Below, piece by piece: positions 40,390-64,000 of a DNA stretch of 64,000 nt (positions are counted from its first letter, which is position 1; each line of letters opens with the position of its first letter). The stretch is taken from assembly GCA_002269645.1 (NCBI GenBank), contig NIVC01001746.1, positions 178,958 to 242,957 on the forward strand, given 5' to 3'. Position numbers and translations under genes: made by a program. Source of the stretch: Macrostomum lignano. Its lineage: Eukaryota. The notes under the pieces are model-generated. The model saw only the letters and a program-made list of their open reading frames with translations. It searched no databases and was not told the DNA's origin.

Positions 40390-41265
40390 GTTATGACCCG
40401 ATCATACCCAAAAGGCCATGACCCAATTATACCCAAAAGGCCATGACCCAATTATACCCAAAAGGTCATGACCCAATCATACCCAAAAAGTCATGACCCG
40501 ATCATACCCAAAATTATGACCCGATCATACCCAAAAGGCCATGACCCTATTATACCCAAAAGGTCATGACCCAATCATACCCAAAAAGTCATGACCCGAT
40601 CATACCCAAAAAGTCATGACCCGATTATACCCAAAAGGCCATGACCCAATTATACCCAAAAAGTCATGACCCGATTATACCCAAAAAGTCATGACCCGAT
40701 TATACCCAAAAAGTCATGACCCGATTACACCCAAAAAGTCATGACCCGATTACACCCAAAAGGTCATGACCCGATAATATCAATTTTATCCAAAAGGTCA
40801 TGACCCGATTATACCCAAAAGGTCATGACTCGATAATATCCAAAAGGTCATGACCCGATCATATCCAAAAGTTCATGACCCGATTACACCCAAAAGGTCA
40901 TGACTCGATAATATCCAAAAGGTCATGACCCGATCATATCCAAAAGGTCATGACCCGATTACACCCAAAAGGTCATGACTCGATAATATCCAAAAGGTCA
41001 TGACCCGATCATATCCAAAAGTTCATGACCCGATTACACCCAAAAGGTCATGACCCGATAATATCAATGTTATCCAAAAGGTCATGACCCGATTATACCC
41101 AAAAGGTCATGACTCGATAATATCCAGAAGGTCATGACCCGATCATATCCAAAAGTTCATGACCCGATCCTACGCATAGGTCATGACCCAATCATATCCA
41201 AAAGGTCATGACCCGATTATACCCAAAAAGGTCATGACCCGATCGTACCCATAGGTCACAGCCCG
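40390..41265. repeat. 25-bp minisatellite with palindromic core ggtcatgacc
   Basis: Unit ggtcatgacccgattatacccaaaa; lies between the convergent NDRG and hemicentin 3' ends. Confidence 0.9.
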
Positions 41266-41595
41266 ATAGGAGTAAACAAAAAATGTTCATGCCTTCAAAG
41301 TCGTTGAAAAGTCACTTCTGCACCTTAATTTTGATTAACTATAAGCGTTTAATGTGAAAAATTATTTTATATAAATATATATTTCACTTGCTTGTAATTT
41401 TGAATTAATCAGTCATCTTATAAATATAGTTTGCGTAGTTAAACAGTCAACGATTCTATTTATAATTACATCCATGCTTATTTAATTGTATCAGATAGTT
41501 TGATTTTTTGTGTTTTTTTGTATTTCTTGAGTCGCGTATCAAAGCTGCTAATTTCTAAAACAAAAACACAAACTCAACTAAAGTTTAGAAATTGG

Positions 41596-63719
<22,124 letters not shown>

Positions 63720-63764
63720 CTGCGAGAATGAGATTGATACAGAGATAGTTAAGTGATAGCTAAT

Positions 63765-64000
63765 GTTACAGTGAGCTACAATGAGTTACAGTGAGTTACA
63801 GTGAGTTACAGTGAGTTACAGTGAGTTACAGTGAGCTACAGTGAGCTACAGTGAGTTACAGTGAGTTACAGTGAGTTACAGTGAGTTACAGTGAGTTACA
63901 GTGAGCTACAGTGAGCTACAGTGAGTTACAGTGAGCTACAGTGAGTTACAATGAGTTACAGTGAGTTACAGTGAGTTACAGTGAGTTACAGTGAGTTACA
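63765..64000. repeat. 10-bp tandem repeat gtgagttaca, running off the window end
   Basis: Directly visible. Confidence 0.93.

Noticed and set aside
63765-64000. gtgagttaca repeat as an array of 5' splice sites
   Set aside because: The GTGAGT motif is on the strand opposite to hemicentin; identity with the donor at 55484 is probably coincidence.

Overview
This is eukaryotic (invertebrate metazoan) genomic DNA with spliceosomal GT-AG introns. The style (GC-rich exons, polyQ, introns filled with minisatellites) suggests a flatworm such as Macrostomum, but that is a guess. Five protein-coding genes are supported. (1) A two-exon Q-rich coiled-coil gene on the minus strand (5767-8435), weakly ADIP/SSX2IP-like. 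(2) A secreted protein on the plus strand (10906-~20889): a signal-peptide exon followed by six near-identical, phase 1-1, 285-nt WSC-domain exons separated by related minisatellite-filled introns. (3) An NDRG-family gene on the plus strand (exons 34352-39368; start codon not found). (4) A large hemicentin gene on the minus strand (41596 to beyond 64000): VWA, about 20 Ig domains, 1 TSP1, EGF, fibulin C-terminus. (5) An intronless C-type lectin on the plus strand (57885-58652), nested in a hemicentin intron. Mobile DNA includes a young full-length Gypsy/Mag-like LTR element (20998-25373, 125-bp LTRs, GTACA TSD), a BEL/Pao gag-protease relic enclosed by the ends of a MITE family that also occurs at 56.0-56.5 kb, and several MITEs with clear TSDs. 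Many introns carry their own tandem repeat. Four inferred single-base deletions in short runs break otherwise intact frames and look like long-read assembly errors. The most unusual feature is the homogenised WSC exon array. No CRISPR array, rRNA or intact tRNA was found.
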